This document shows positions 27,159-37,184 of a stretch of 55,793 bases of DNA, piece after piece. The first letter of the stretch is position 1. Each line of letters starts with the position of its first letter. Source of the DNA: a virus. Taxonomy: Duplodnaviria; Caudoviricetes. Location of the stretch: the IMG/VR virus record IMGVR_UViG_3300046011_004185, positions 1 through 55,793 of that record; one strand, 5' to 3'. A program made the position numbers and the translations under genes. The notes under the pieces are model-generated. The model searched no databases. It was not told where the DNA came from and saw nothing but the letters and a program-made list of their open reading frames with translations.

Positions 27159-28442
27159 TCAGAATCCTTCTGTCCAATAAAGAACAACTACACCCGTGCC
27201 GCCTGAACCTGCGGTAACACCACTACCACCACCCTGTGAAGCGCCACCACCACCTCCAGCATAACTACCTGATCCGCCTCTTGTAGCTGCACCGCTTTGG
27301 CAAGACGCTCCGCCTCCACCACCAAGCGGACCACCATTTCCGCCAACTGCTGGGCTAGCCGAGTCACCGGAAGAAGCCCCACCACCTCCACCACCTAAAC
27401 CGCCATCACCGCCAGTTGGATTTGACGAACCAGTACCGCTATAAGCCCCACCACCGCCACCACCGGGTGAACCATTGCCACCAAAACAAATTACCGTACC
27501 ACTTGCGCCGGCTCCGCCGCCGCCACCATTTAAGGTTTGATAAATAACATCAATCCATGTGCCGCTACCAAAACCATTACCCGCTCTCATAAATGCACCA
27601 GATGTACTAAATGCACCAATACCAGCACCATTTGATCCAGATGCGTTTGCTGCTCCGGAAACTCCACCTAAAACTGTCGAACCAAACGATCCGCTCCCGC
27701 CATTTCCACCAATGACATTACCGCCTGCTGCTGATTGGCCATTTGAACCAGATCCACCACCGCCAGTCATAAAGGCTTGACTAGCAACTAATGCGTCACC
27801 ACCTCTAAATCCTGCACCGCCGCCGCCAGTAGCTTGGTTTCCTTGGTTTACCGAACTACCAATATTTCCACCACGGCCATTTGACCCAAGCCCGCCACCA
27901 CCAGTTGAAGAGGGTTGTGTGCTTGATCCTGAATTTGTTCCACCCGCCCCACCAGTGCCGTAGTGAGATCCAGCACCACCACCACCTCCGGCTGTATTGT
28001 TTGAAGATTGCCCGGTTCCACCAGCACCACCAGAGGCGGTATATGAACCTCTTAGAGTTGTAGCAGCAGTTCCTGATCCACCAGATCCAGGTGTATTTCC
28101 AGAAGCGTTAGTACCGCCAGTAGCGGTTAACAAAGTTCCATAAGAACTTGTTCCTCCTTGACCTCCTACTGTTATGGTGTCAAGCGTCTGTCCAGGAATA
28201 ACATCAATAACTCCATATGCAAACCCACCTCCACCTCCCCCAGCGCTCGGAGTGCTGGAAGTATTAGTTGATGCACCATTGCCGCCACCACCCCAAACAG
28301 CTACACCGATTTGATATACATTTTGTGGTACGACTTCCGTAGAGGTGGTTGAAGTGATAAGTTTGAATTGCGCCCATCGAGCAGGCGCTACACGGGTTGC
28401 ATAATTAGGCGGCAACCCAAAGCCATACATTCCCTTATTCAT
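27159..28442 (-). CDS. Glycine-rich adhesin/fibre tip protein (cassette B)
   Basis: VP.NVYQI.V.VWGGGG.G...GGGGGG, many GGGGG runs, C-terminal G.GG.GVVVLYW. Confidence 0.7.
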   Translation of the reverse strand: MNKGMYGFGLPPNYATRVAPARWAQFKLITSTTSTEVVPQNVYQIGVAVWGGGGNGASTNTSSTPSAGGGGGGFAYGVIDVIPGQTLDTITVGGQGGTSSYGTLLTATGGTNASGNTPGSGGSGTAATTLRGSYTASGGAGGTGQSSNNTAGGGGGAGSHYGTGGAGGTNSGSSTQPSSTGGGGLGSNGRGGNIGSSVNQGNQATGGGGAGFRGGDALVASQAFMTGGGGSGSNGQSAAGGNVIGGNGGSGSFGSTVLGGVSGAANASGSNGAGIGAFSTSGAFMRAGNGFGSGTWIDVIYQTLNGGGGGAGASGTVICFGGNGSPGGGGGGAYSGTGSSNPTGGDGGLGGGGGGASSGDSASPAVGGNGGPLGGGGGASCQSGAATRGGSGSYAGGGGGASQGGGSGVTAGSGGTGVVVLYWTEGF

Positions 28443-28843
28443 TAGAAGTCACCTCCGTAAGCGATTACACGAACGCCGGTCTGCGTTACAGTTACTGTAG
28501 CCCGCAGAGAATACCCAGTAGGAATTGTCAGCGGCATGATGTTGGCATTACCGTTGCTTGACAGCTGAGCGGTAAACGCTGGCGCTGTTGTGCTTGAGGT
28601 AACCGCAATTACCGGGATCTGTTGCCACAAGAAGTAGGTTGTGCCATCAAAAATAAACAGATTAACAATACATGCGGTCGTTGTGGCTACACCCTGAACA
28701 TCAATGTAGTCAATCCGCGAGCCGCTGGAACCCGCCGTAAATACCGTGCCAACCGTCGTGGGCGCGGTCAGCGATGTATCCGCTGTCGTTAAAAGCGCAG
28801 ATCCGACCTTTGGGGTGGCTGCGTACTGTGCAGAAGTTGCCAT
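28442..28843 (-). CDS. Tail-associated beta-sandwich protein
   Basis: TAGSSGSRID.I...LTIPTGYSLRA...GGDF; within the fibre cluster. Confidence 0.6.
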   Translation of the reverse strand: MATSAQYAATPKVGSALLTTADTSLTAPTTVGTVFTAGSSGSRIDYIDVQGVATTTACIVNLFIFDGTTYFLWQQIPVIAVTSSTTAPAFTAQLSSNGNANIMPLTIPTGYSLRATVTVTQTGVRVIAYGGDF

Positions 28844-28853
28844 TTAAATCTCC

Positions 28854-29168
28854 TTAAATTAAGGCAAATGAATCGTTGACTGTTCCGGGAGACACATTTG
28901 CCCCGGTCGCTTGGGTAACAAAACCTTGAGCACCACCTGATATTGAAGTAAAGCTCAAGGCCCCGCTACCGTTAGTCTGTAGAACCTGGCCAGTTGTGCC
29001 ATCCGCTGATGGAAGGGTAAAGGTTAGGTTTGATGCAACAGAGGCAGGTGCCTGCAGCTCTACATAATTAGTGCCGTTATCGGTATCCTCGCCCAGGCGC
29101 AGACGACCCTGGGTGGTTGATGTACCCTCTGCGGTAAAAATTCCATCGCCGTTGATAATTGCTGGCAT
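28854..29168 (-). CDS. Short fibre/adaptor (cassette B)
   Basis: L.EDTDNGTNYV.LQAP...TFTLPSADGT.GQVL.TNGSG.LSF fibre motif. Confidence 0.65.
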   Translation of the reverse strand: MPAIINGDGIFTAEGTSTTQGRLRLGEDTDNGTNYVELQAPASVASNLTFTLPSADGTTGQVLQTNGSGALSFTSISGGAQGFVTQATGANVSPGTVNDSFALI

Positions 29169-29171
29169 GAT

Positions 29172-29621
29172 TTACTCCGGTTTGTTAGGCCACTGAACAT
29201 TGTGGGGAAAGCCAGCCTGCGCCGGTACATCACGCAGGGCTTGGCAATAATCTTTCCATGCCTGGCTGGGCGTCATGTCGCTACGGAAGCGCCAGTCGGT
29301 ATCGGCCAGTCTCTGGTTGCGGTCAGCCCGGACGGACTTCTTGGTCTCTTCATCCTTAGCCGCCTTGCCTTCGTCATCCAGGGTCTGCACGACATACTTG
29401 GTGTGCCACTTATCCCCGATCTGCTCGACACCCTGTCTGGCGACATACTCATACGGGCCAGAGGTTGAGGGTTGCGGGCCTTCAAAGACCGGATCGACAC
29501 CGATGGCCTGCATCACCTCGTCGGTCAGCCGGTCGAAGGTCGGGCCGTTGTTGTCTTTTAGGTACTGACGAAGTTCACCCTCGTACATCACTGCGCCGTT
29601 TGATCGAAGTCTAATTTCCAT
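29172..29621 (-). CDS. Tail fibre assembly chaperone
   Basis: VR.DRN.RL.DTDW...W..Y.QALRDVP.Q.GFP..V.WP.KP. Confidence 0.85.
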   Translation of the reverse strand: MEIRLRSNGAVMYEGELRQYLKDNNGPTFDRLTDEVMQAIGVDPVFEGPQPSTSGPYEYVARQGVEQIGDKWHTKYVVQTLDDEGKAAKDEETKKSVRADRNQRLADTDWRFRSDMTPSQAWKDYCQALRDVPAQAGFPHNVQWPNKPE

Positions 29622-29629
29622 GTTTACCT

Positions 29630-30160
29630 CTAGGCTATCGCATAAGACCAGCCGGACTTATTATGACGACACCGCCATTGAATTGTCACGGCTGGAATGT
29701 TTAATTCCTTTGCTGCCTCGGTTGTTGAACCAAAAACACCAAAGGGGCTGACTACGGTCTTTGCTCGGTAATTATTGCTTCCACCAACAGCAATAGACAT
29801 TTTTGCTTTTACTTCAGGTCTGTGCATTACGTTTTTCTCGCCAATAGCCCAAGGTTTTGGCTTTCCTTTTAATGCCTCAGACTTCTTGCGCTTGGTCTCC
29901 TCGCTATTGGGTTTACCAAGGTTTCCGTCACGCACATTGATCTTTCCAAGGCCGATAAACACGTTGCCGACCTCATAGCAACCTTTATCACCTATACGGC
30001 ACATACAATATTTGTCTGCACCACGGCCACGTTGATCCCATTTACCGGAATCAAGCCAAATCTGTTTCCACTCATCAAAAGTCAATTTAACTTCTATGCC
30101 TCTAGTTTTGGCGTTTGACTTATGTTGCGTGTAGGCTTTGAGGAACGGATCTCTTGTCAT
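29630..30160 (-). mobile_element. Free-standing homing endonuclease (His-Me-like domain plus NUMOD3 and NUMOD1-like HTH)
   Basis: K.NAK.RGI...LTF.EW...W...RG.....YCMCR.GD.G.YEVGNV; GKPNSEETKRKKSEALKGK; F.S..EAA.ELNI. Confidence 0.75.
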
Positions 30161-30162
30161 GG

Positions 30163-32118
30163 TCAGGCCACCGCAAAAAATATGAATGTCCCACCGTTAG
30201 CGTTTATTGCCGCCGGTGCGGTACTACTAATCTCAAACCCTGAGTTTGCGGTGTCAATGTAGTCTGTATTGGTGACTTCCGCCGCCGTTGAGTTTAGAAG
30301 CAGATATGGATCGTTCCCGGCCACTATGCCGCGAGCCGAATCCCAGACGTACCAATCGCCAGTGTTGTCTGATCGCTTAATCATTACAAAACGACTTCCT
30401 GCGGTGAATCCACAATCAATAGTTTGTGTTGATCCTGTACCCGTATAGAAGCCTACTTTGCTTACTCCTGCAACGGTGGCAAACAAATAAGCTACATAAG
30501 TAACTCCGGAGGCATTTACTTCATTTGTTGAACCAACAGTAAAAACTGAAGATGTTGCATTTGTATTATTCCAATATGCACTTGAACCAGCATAAGCGCT
30601 AGTTGAATTCAATATAAGTATGCCAGCACCTTTGTTGTTTGGTGTGTAAACATTCCACCACTCGCCTGATGCGCTTCGAGCCTTCACCCACATCATTTGT
30701 GGTTCAACAGTTAAATTATGAGTAACTGTTCTTCCTGACGTACCATTACCCGTATAGCAGACCACATCAAAGAAGCCAGGGGCGCGTTTGAAGTGCCATC
30801 TTGCTTGATTATTGTTGTTATAAGAAAGTTGAAAACTATTTTGTAAATCAAATTGGCAAACACTTACAGTTTGTTCTGCGGCAGTTGAGGCTGTTCCACC
30901 AAAATATTTGTTATTACCAGCTAAACGATAAACCACAACAGAATTAAGAGCATTTCCTGATTGGTCACCAGAAATACAAAGATCAGTCGGAAACCCAACA
31001 GCATAAGACGATGACCCAGCATGAACTTTTGGATAGAACACACTCGTCCCACTCGTAGGCGTTTTCATCGGCCCACGGCGAATGGCGATGTAGATCATTG
31101 TGTTGCCATTGCCGTTTACTTCACTAGAACTAGAAACAAGCGTGAATCCTGTTGCGGTAGGGCTTAGATAATCATTAGAGAGTTCAGCACTTGAACTGTT
31201 TGCGATTAAACGCTGGTCATTACCGCTTACAACCATGCCACGCATATTGTCAATTATTTGCCAGCTTCCTGTGGTGCCAGCATTTTTTATCATTAACCAT
31301 TGCGGTTCATAACCAAGAGTTACCGTTGGCCCTGATGTAGAGCCGTTACCTGTGTAAGAACCACAAGTAATCACATTATCCGAACCGGTTAGGCCAAAGC
31401 CGCCAGCATCGTGGGCGAAGAGGTAGGCGACGTAGTTAAAGCCATTTGAGTTTACGTCTCCGGCTGTTCCTACCCCAAAAGTAGTGGCGTTCATGTCAGG
31501 TGGGTTTGTTTCGCTACCCCAATAATTTGATGCTTGGTCTGCATACGCGCCAGTGCTGTCTAAAAAGGCAGCAAATTTTCCATTGGTTTGAGTTCCAGAA
31601 CGATGCCAAACAGCCCAAGAACCTGTTGAGTCATATCGTTTTATTATTATGCAGCCGGGCGCAGAACCAAGATTGTGTGCAACCGTGCGTGGAGAACCTG
31701 TCCCCGTATACGTCACAATATCAAAGAACTTTGGTTGCTCTCGGAATGTCCAAGAAACTAAAGTATCAGCAGAAAAATTATATGTACTGTCTGTTCCTAA
31801 TGTAAAACCAGTAGTTCCAAACGCCGTCAAAGAATTTGCTAAGGTTGACTGTGCATTTGTCAGGTTGGTGTAAATAACATTGTTTGCGCCGCGAGTTGTG
31901 TCGTAAATACCATTATCACTTGTACTTCCACGGTTTTTTAACCAAACCATCCCACCTTTAGTGGACAGATCAATGTTGTTGGTAATGGTTTGTGTAGAAC
32001 TGTTTCCTGTATAAAGGTATGTCGAAAAGACATCCTCAATGTAATTAACTGCCGCAGACTGGGCGAACTCCCCAAATCCCTGAGCAGATGCGGCGCCTTT
32101 TGTAGCGATTAGAGGCAT
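30163..32118 (-). CDS. Repeat-containing receptor-binding/fibre tip protein (651 aa; cassette A)
   Basis: Several YTG.G...[HT].L...P...IK.R....W...D..RG units; start trimmed to MPLIATKG after GGAGG. Confidence 0.65.
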   Translation of the reverse strand: MPLIATKGAASAQGFGEFAQSAAVNYIEDVFSTYLYTGNSSTQTITNNIDLSTKGGMVWLKNRGSTSDNGIYDTTRGANNVIYTNLTNAQSTLANSLTAFGTTGFTLGTDSTYNFSADTLVSWTFREQPKFFDIVTYTGTGSPRTVAHNLGSAPGCIIIKRYDSTGSWAVWHRSGTQTNGKFAAFLDSTGAYADQASNYWGSETNPPDMNATTFGVGTAGDVNSNGFNYVAYLFAHDAGGFGLTGSDNVITCGSYTGNGSTSGPTVTLGYEPQWLMIKNAGTTGSWQIIDNMRGMVVSGNDQRLIANSSSAELSNDYLSPTATGFTLVSSSSEVNGNGNTMIYIAIRRGPMKTPTSGTSVFYPKVHAGSSSYAVGFPTDLCISGDQSGNALNSVVVYRLAGNNKYFGGTASTAAEQTVSVCQFDLQNSFQLSYNNNNQARWHFKRAPGFFDVVCYTGNGTSGRTVTHNLTVEPQMMWVKARSASGEWWNVYTPNNKGAGILILNSTSAYAGSSAYWNNTNATSSVFTVGSTNEVNASGVTYVAYLFATVAGVSKVGFYTGTGSTQTIDCGFTAGSRFVMIKRSDNTGDWYVWDSARGIVAGNDPYLLLNSTAAEVTNTDYIDTANSGFEISSTAPAAINANGGTFIFFAVA

Positions 32119-32672
32119 CTCAACCTCCAGCCCTTGCTTAAGTTTTCTGTAGCTGTAATAACCTGAAGGTTCCAAGGCACATGAAGCCCGCACACTTCAG
32201 GATTGTGAATTGGAACCACATGGTCAACATGGTACTTAATGCCAGTTTGCATTTCTTTGGCTTTGGCAATTTCGTAGTGTTCCAAAATCTGCGCCTTATT
32301 TATGTTATTTAACCACTTTGGGGTAGCCATGTCTTGCGCGGCTCTTCGTCTTGCCCGATTTGCAACATAACGAGCTTGATTAGCCTTGTAATACTCATGC
32401 AAATAATTTGGGTTGCGCTCATGCCATTTTTTTGAAGCGTTTCTAACAGACGATTTTGCTGCTTCTGGGTTAGTAACACGCCACTCTTTTTCTGGATTTT
32501 TCTTGCGCCATTTTGCGGTTGATTTGTTTACCTTGTCACGGTTCTCAGCATTCCAAACATATTGTTGCAACTGCCTGCATCGACGGCAAGTTTGATAATA
32601 CTTACCGCTGACTTTATGAAACTGAAAGTCAGTCTGAAGTTTATCTTGTTGGCACTTGCGGCAAATTGGCAT
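32109..32672 (-). mobile_element. Free-standing HNH homing endonuclease
   Basis: N-terminal CRKC...CRRC, ATPKW, YHVDHVVP...VCGLHVPWNLQVI...EN..K. Confidence 0.88.
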
Positions 32673-32674
32673 TT

Positions 32675-33247
32675 TTATGCAAACCTTGTCTGAGAAGCAA
32701 ATACTGTAAAGGCGGCATTCCCAGTTTTTATGATCGTGTAAACATAAGCATCAATGCTGCTAGCGTTACCCGCCGACCAAGCCGTGCCACCCTGATACTT
32801 TGGCGTAACACTCGATCCATCGACCTGCACCACATTGTTGTAGTAAGCCGTTGCACCCTGAGTCACAAAGAAGGCCACGGTCAAAGACTCGCCGGTTGCC
32901 ATCAGGGTATTAAGACTCGTGCCGCTTGATCCACGGAAGTTAACCGTCCAGTTGGCCGAGGCATTCGAGGTGTAATACAGCACCGCCTGGGTCGTCACAT
33001 CGTAGTTGATCGTTCCAGTAGCTGCCGTAGCCGAGATCGTGGCGGTCTCTAAGACATCGGCAATCTTCAGTCCAGCCGCACTCGATGTGCCGACCATCGT
33101 GACCTTATTGGCAAAGACTGCGCTTTGGTCAGTCCCTAGGGTGACCGCGGTTGTTGTCCCGTTGGTCTGGAGAAGCAGTTGACCGGTTGTATCGCCAGTG
33201 TGGACTAGCGAGGTTCCGGAGGTAAGTCCTGCTGCAATCGTACTCAT
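32675..33247 (-). CDS. Short fibre/adaptor (cassette A)
   Basis: N-terminal TGDTTGQLLLQTNGTT; C-terminal WTVNFRG...TQG.T.YY...YTIIKTG...FTV.ASQT.FA. Confidence 0.65.
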   Translation of the reverse strand: MSTIAAGLTSGTSLVHTGDTTGQLLLQTNGTTTAVTLGTDQSAVFANKVTMVGTSSAAGLKIADVLETATISATAATGTINYDVTTQAVLYYTSNASANWTVNFRGSSGTSLNTLMATGESLTVAFFVTQGATAYYNNVVQVDGSSVTPKYQGGTAWSAGNASSIDAYVYTIIKTGNAAFTVFASQTRFA

Positions 33248-33256
33248 GTCTACTCC

Positions 33257-33826
33257 TTAAATCACGATCCAGCGCTGGCCGGATGAAACCGTTACATTTT
33301 GGCCCGAGGCGACAGTAATTGGCCCCACGCTCCAACCATTGGTCCCTGAGGCGATCGTGTAGCTCGTGCTAACGGTGGTGCTGTTCACAAATATGCCGTT
33401 TGAGGCCACCGGTGCGCTTGCCTTTAACTCACCCGTGCTGGGCTTATAAAGCAGCTTGGCGTTACTGGTATAAATATTTAAGGCAGACCCAGAGGTAGCC
33501 TGTAAGAACGCCGGGTAGTAATCAGTTGAGCTCGATGTATCGTTAGTGATCGTGGCGCCGCTCGTAATCGTCGTCCAGCTCAGCACCCCCGCGCCGTTGG
33601 TCACCATCGCCTGGCCGTTAGTTCCGTCAGCAGTTGGATACTTTAAGGCGGCTGGGTTATTGAAAAAGAGCTTAACCGTACCGGAGGCGTTCTCCATGTA
33701 CATCGACATGTCGTTGTTGGCAATGTTTAATGCCAACTCACCTGCCACCAGGTTTGCCGCGCTAGGTACCGTCGTTGCTGTAGTGCTGTAATACAGCGAT
33801 ATTGGGGTAAAGCCTGCCTGTGCCAT
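33257..33826 (-). CDS. Fibre hub protein with an Mtd-N-like N-terminal domain
   Basis: VPSAANL.AGELALNI; YPTADGT.GQ; C-terminal SYTI..G.N..SVGPITV.SG..VTV.SG.RW.VI. Confidence 0.65.
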   Translation of the reverse strand: MAQAGFTPISLYYSTTATTVPSAANLVAGELALNIANNDMSMYMENASGTVKLFFNNPAALKYPTADGTNGQAMVTNGAGVLSWTTITSGATITNDTSSSTDYYPAFLQATSGSALNIYTSNAKLLYKPSTGELKASAPVASNGIFVNSTTVSTSYTIASGTNGWSVGPITVASGQNVTVSSGQRWIVI

Positions 33827-36800
33827 TAAAAGGTACCTCCAAAAATTCCTGTTGTTGCCACCATAGTCCCGGCGGTCAAAGTATTAGTTGATGGATTGTA
33901 AGTAAGGTCAGAATCTACTTCTACCGCCTGATTTCCGGTCGTAGCATCAACAAAAGCTGGATAAAAAGTTGCGTTAACTGAGGTAGCAGTTACGGCAACA
34001 TTATTTGCATTCGTTGCGGTTCCAGCATTTGTTGCATTACCTACCGTAACCCCAGACGGGTCAGACCACTGCGGAGCTGTGCCGCTTGATGTCAAAAGGA
34101 ATGTTGAGCCGCCAATTCCAAGTTTGGTCAGGGCGGTTCCAGCGGAGTAGTAAACCAGGTCGCCGGCCGTGTATGAAGTTACCCCGGTTCCACCGTTTGA
34201 TGTCAGAACCGTGCCCGTAAGGCTGATGTTGGGGGTAGATCCGCCCGAGGAAGCCAAGGGGGCTGAGGCCGTAACACTCGATACGCCAGCAACTACTGCA
34301 GACCACTGGAATGCGCTCCCAGTCCACTCTAGGTAGGTGTTCGCTACCGTCGGGGCGGTCGCAAAGGTCGTGGTTCCTGCCCCGGACTGATAAAGGATCT
34401 GATTTGCGGCTCCACCAGCTACATTGGTGGCCGTTGTCGCCGTGGTAGCGCTGGTAGCGTTTGTGGCGTTTCCTACGGTAACCGTGGCGGGATCGGTCCA
34501 CTGGGGAGCCGTACCGCTCGAGGTAAGCATGTAGGTTGAGCTAGCAATACTCAGTTTCGTAAATGCCGTGCCGGCTGCGTAGTAGACCAGGTCACCTGCG
34601 GTGTATGAGGTCAGCCCAGTGCCCCCTAGCGAGGTCACAACCGGCGAGGTAAGGCTAAATTGTGTGCCGCTTAGGGTTAACCCTGTTCCTGCCGAATAAA
34701 CCTGAGATGCCGAGAACTGGGTAAAGGTCAGGTTTGTGGTGCCAATAATTATTGGGTTATTGGTCGTCAGTACATAAGACTCACCAGCCCCGGTTAAGCC
34801 CTCTTGGACAAAGAAATAGTCGCCTTGGCCAAGCCCAGTAATGCTGTCTGGCTTATAGGTGTTCTCGTTAGTCGCTCTCGTAAGAACCCAAGGGGTAGAC
34901 CCATCGCCTACCGTCGTGACCGTGTAGATGCCGTTATGGGCTGCGTTGGCCTGGTTATAGACCAAGACCCGGTTTGTAGCAGATAAGTTAATCCCATCGA
35001 TTTGGATGGCAGCGTTCGACCCAGCGTTGGTCAGGGTAGCCCCCACACCAGCGTTTACTAGGCCGCCAATCGTAAGCCCCGTGCCGTTTGTGAAAGTCGT
35101 GATCTCCGGTCCGTTATAGGACAGAGACAGAGTTACCTGGTTAGCCGCCGGTACCGAGAAGACATAGTAAGCAGTCCCGGCCACGATCCCGTTGGATGTG
35201 GACGAGAAGACGATCTGATCGTTTACCGAAAGGCTTGGGGATGTCGAAAATGTCAGGGTAGTGCCACCAACGATGTCCGTAACGGTCACCGATGTGCCGC
35301 CGGCAAGGTATGTGGCGTTCAGAGCGGTCGGGGTCTCCACCCGAACTGGGGTGTGTATTGTGATTCCTGTGGATACCGCATCGTCCACATACTGCTTGGT
35401 GGCCAGCTGCAGGGCCGTAGTTGGGGCTTGGGTGACCGTGACCGATGTCAGACCTGAGGGCGTAAGGCTATAAGACGGGGTGCCGCCGTTATTTACTAAG
35501 ACACCGGTTCCGGCTGCCAAAAATGTCGTTGCTCCAGCACCGGACTGGTACGGAATCGACCCTGCGGCACCGCCTGCAAGGTTTGTGGCCGTTGTGGCCG
35601 AGCCGACCGACAGGCTTGACTGATTAGTCCACTGCGGCGCGGTTCCACTAGAGGTAATGACTTGGCCGTTAGTACCGATAGCAAGTTTCGATAGTGCCGT
35701 CCCGGTGGCGTAATAAACAATGTCGCCAGCGGTATACGAAGTTAGTCCCGTGCCGCCGTACCCAGTGGCCAATGTTCCGGCCATGCTGATGACGCCGGAT
35801 GTCGTAACCGGGCCGCCCGAGAAAGTAAGGCCGGTAGATCCACCGCTAACATCCACCGAGGTAACCGTTCCAGCTCCTGGTAAAGCCGCCCAGGTGAAGG
35901 CACTGCCGGTCCACTTAAGAAATGTGTCTGTTGAGACTGGAGCCGATATAAAGCTAGTCGTATCTAATCCGGTTTGGAACACGACTTGATTGGCAGCTCC
36001 GCCGGCAACATTCGTAGCCTTGGTCGGGGTGCCTGTAAGGGTCAAAGTACCCGAGGTTGTAATCGGACCGCCAGTAAAGGACAGCCCGGTTGTGCCTCCC
36101 GATGCGTCTACAGAAGTGACCGTTCCATCACCGGTACCAAAGGTAAACCACGAGCCAGCATAACCCTCAAATTTTGAGCTTGTGGTGTTATATCGAATCT
36201 GTCCATTTGTTCCGCCTGGACGCTGCCCGGTGGTGCCTACTGGCACGGTTATTGCACCAGTGCCAGGAATTATTGGGTTATCCGATATTCCAATCGTCGG
36301 ATTTCCAGGGCCGGTGCCGTTAGCTACATCAATTTCATTAGTCGTGCCCGTAATCTGTAGGGCGGTGACGCTGCTGCCACTAACGATGCCCAAAATGCCC
36401 GTGCCGGCTAGGCCTGCAAGCGATCCTACGGTTCCTGAAAGGCTGATTGTCGGGTTGCCTGAGACACCATTGCCGTCAGCCACAGAAACGCCTGTAGAGC
36501 CTGTAATCGTGCGGCCGACCATGGTTGAAGCGCCGGTCTTTGCCTGCAGCCCCAAGGTTGAAGAAAAGAGGCTAGCCACGGCTCCGGCCAGACTGATCTG
36601 CATGGTGGACTGAGCGCCGCCGTCTGTAAGCCCAAGACCTGCACCGACGGACAGAGCCCGACTATTGGTAAGGCTAGGCTCTTGGTTAACCGTAATAAAG
36701 GTCTGCGTCTGACTCGGCGAGGCGGCAATCGCCCCGGTCGTGGTCTGTACGGTCTGACCGTTTTGGACGATAGGTACTGCCTCGGTACCCGTAATGGCGC

Positions 36801-36843
36801 CGGCGGCTGGTAGTTGGGTAATGGTGACTTGGGCTGAAGGCAT
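33826..36843 (-). CDS. Long tail fibre protein (1005 aa)
   Basis: Three GGTG(L/V)TSYTAGD(I/L)VYY repeats, two GTVTSVD.SGG.TGL.F.GGP.TTSG repeats, ATKQYVD, NGIY.VT; ends in GGTF. Confidence 0.8.
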   Translation of the reverse strand: MPSAQVTITQLPAAGAITGTEAVPIVQNGQTVQTTTGAIAASPSQTQTFITVNQEPSLTNSRALSVGAGLGLTDGGAQSTMQISLAGAVASLFSSTLGLQAKTGASTMVGRTITGSTGVSVADGNGVSGNPTISLSGTVGSLAGLAGTGILGIVSGSSVTALQITGTTNEIDVANGTGPGNPTIGISDNPIIPGTGAITVPVGTTGQRPGGTNGQIRYNTTSSKFEGYAGSWFTFGTGDGTVTSVDASGGTTGLSFTGGPITTSGTLTLTGTPTKATNVAGGAANQVVFQTGLDTTSFISAPVSTDTFLKWTGSAFTWAALPGAGTVTSVDVSGGSTGLTFSGGPVTTSGVISMAGTLATGYGGTGLTSYTAGDIVYYATGTALSKLAIGTNGQVITSSGTAPQWTNQSSLSVGSATTATNLAGGAAGSIPYQSGAGATTFLAAGTGVLVNNGGTPSYSLTPSGLTSVTVTQAPTTALQLATKQYVDDAVSTGITIHTPVRVETPTALNATYLAGGTSVTVTDIVGGTTLTFSTSPSLSVNDQIVFSSTSNGIVAGTAYYVFSVPAANQVTLSLSYNGPEITTFTNGTGLTIGGLVNAGVGATLTNAGSNAAIQIDGINLSATNRVLVYNQANAAHNGIYTVTTVGDGSTPWVLTRATNENTYKPDSITGLGQGDYFFVQEGLTGAGESYVLTTNNPIIIGTTNLTFTQFSASQVYSAGTGLTLSGTQFSLTSPVVTSLGGTGLTSYTAGDLVYYAAGTAFTKLSIASSTYMLTSSGTAPQWTDPATVTVGNATNATSATTATTATNVAGGAANQILYQSGAGTTTFATAPTVANTYLEWTGSAFQWSAVVAGVSSVTASAPLASSGGSTPNISLTGTVLTSNGGTGVTSYTAGDLVYYSAGTALTKLGIGGSTFLLTSSGTAPQWSDPSGVTVGNATNAGTATNANNVAVTATSVNATFYPAFVDATTGNQAVEVDSDLTYNPSTNTLTAGTMVATTGIFGGTF

Positions 36844-37184
36844 TATGGGCTCGGGCTAATTACATCGAGGTTGCCGTTGTTTTCCGGGGTGTCTTGGTTA
36901 CCCTGAGTTGATATCAGGAACTGGCCATAACCTCCGGTCTGCAACGCCGGTTGAACATTTGCAACGCTTACATCTGGCCTGGGGAAGCGAAGGTTAATTC
37001 GCTCAGTCTTCCTGGCCGGCAAGCGATAGGGGTCAAACTGATCCTTACATCCTTGATCGCAAACGCGCAGCCCCGGAAAGTTGGGGTCTGGGCTCATATT
37101 GACATACGGGCGCTTCATCTTGCACCGATCGCATATAGCAATCGCAACAGATGTCAGCCCGCGAGTGTCAAGGAATCGAGGCAT
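36843..37184 (-). CDS. Conserved Cys-containing virion protein
   Basis: AICDRC...GLRVC..C.D..DP...LRFPRPD. Confidence 0.65.
   Translation of the reverse strand: MPRFLDTRGLTSVAIAICDRCKMKRPYVNMSPDPNFPGLRVCDQGCKDQFDPYRLPARKTERINLRFPRPDVSVANVQPALQTGGYGQFLISTQGNQDTPENNGNLDVISPSP

Noticed and set aside
25397-28442. Gly-Gly runs in the adhesins as copies of the xxGG tag
   Set aside because: These are polyglycine structural repeats without the hydrophobic-x-x-GG-x-hydrophobic context, so they were excluded from the count
29630-32672. Group I introns or inteins hosting the endonucleases
   Set aside because: Flanking genes appear intact and abut the endonuclease ORFs, leaving no room for an intron core
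24445-36843. Diversity-generating retroelement or invertible fibre switch
   Set aside because: No reverse transcriptase or recombinase ORF, no TR/VR pair noticed, and all cassettes lie on one strand
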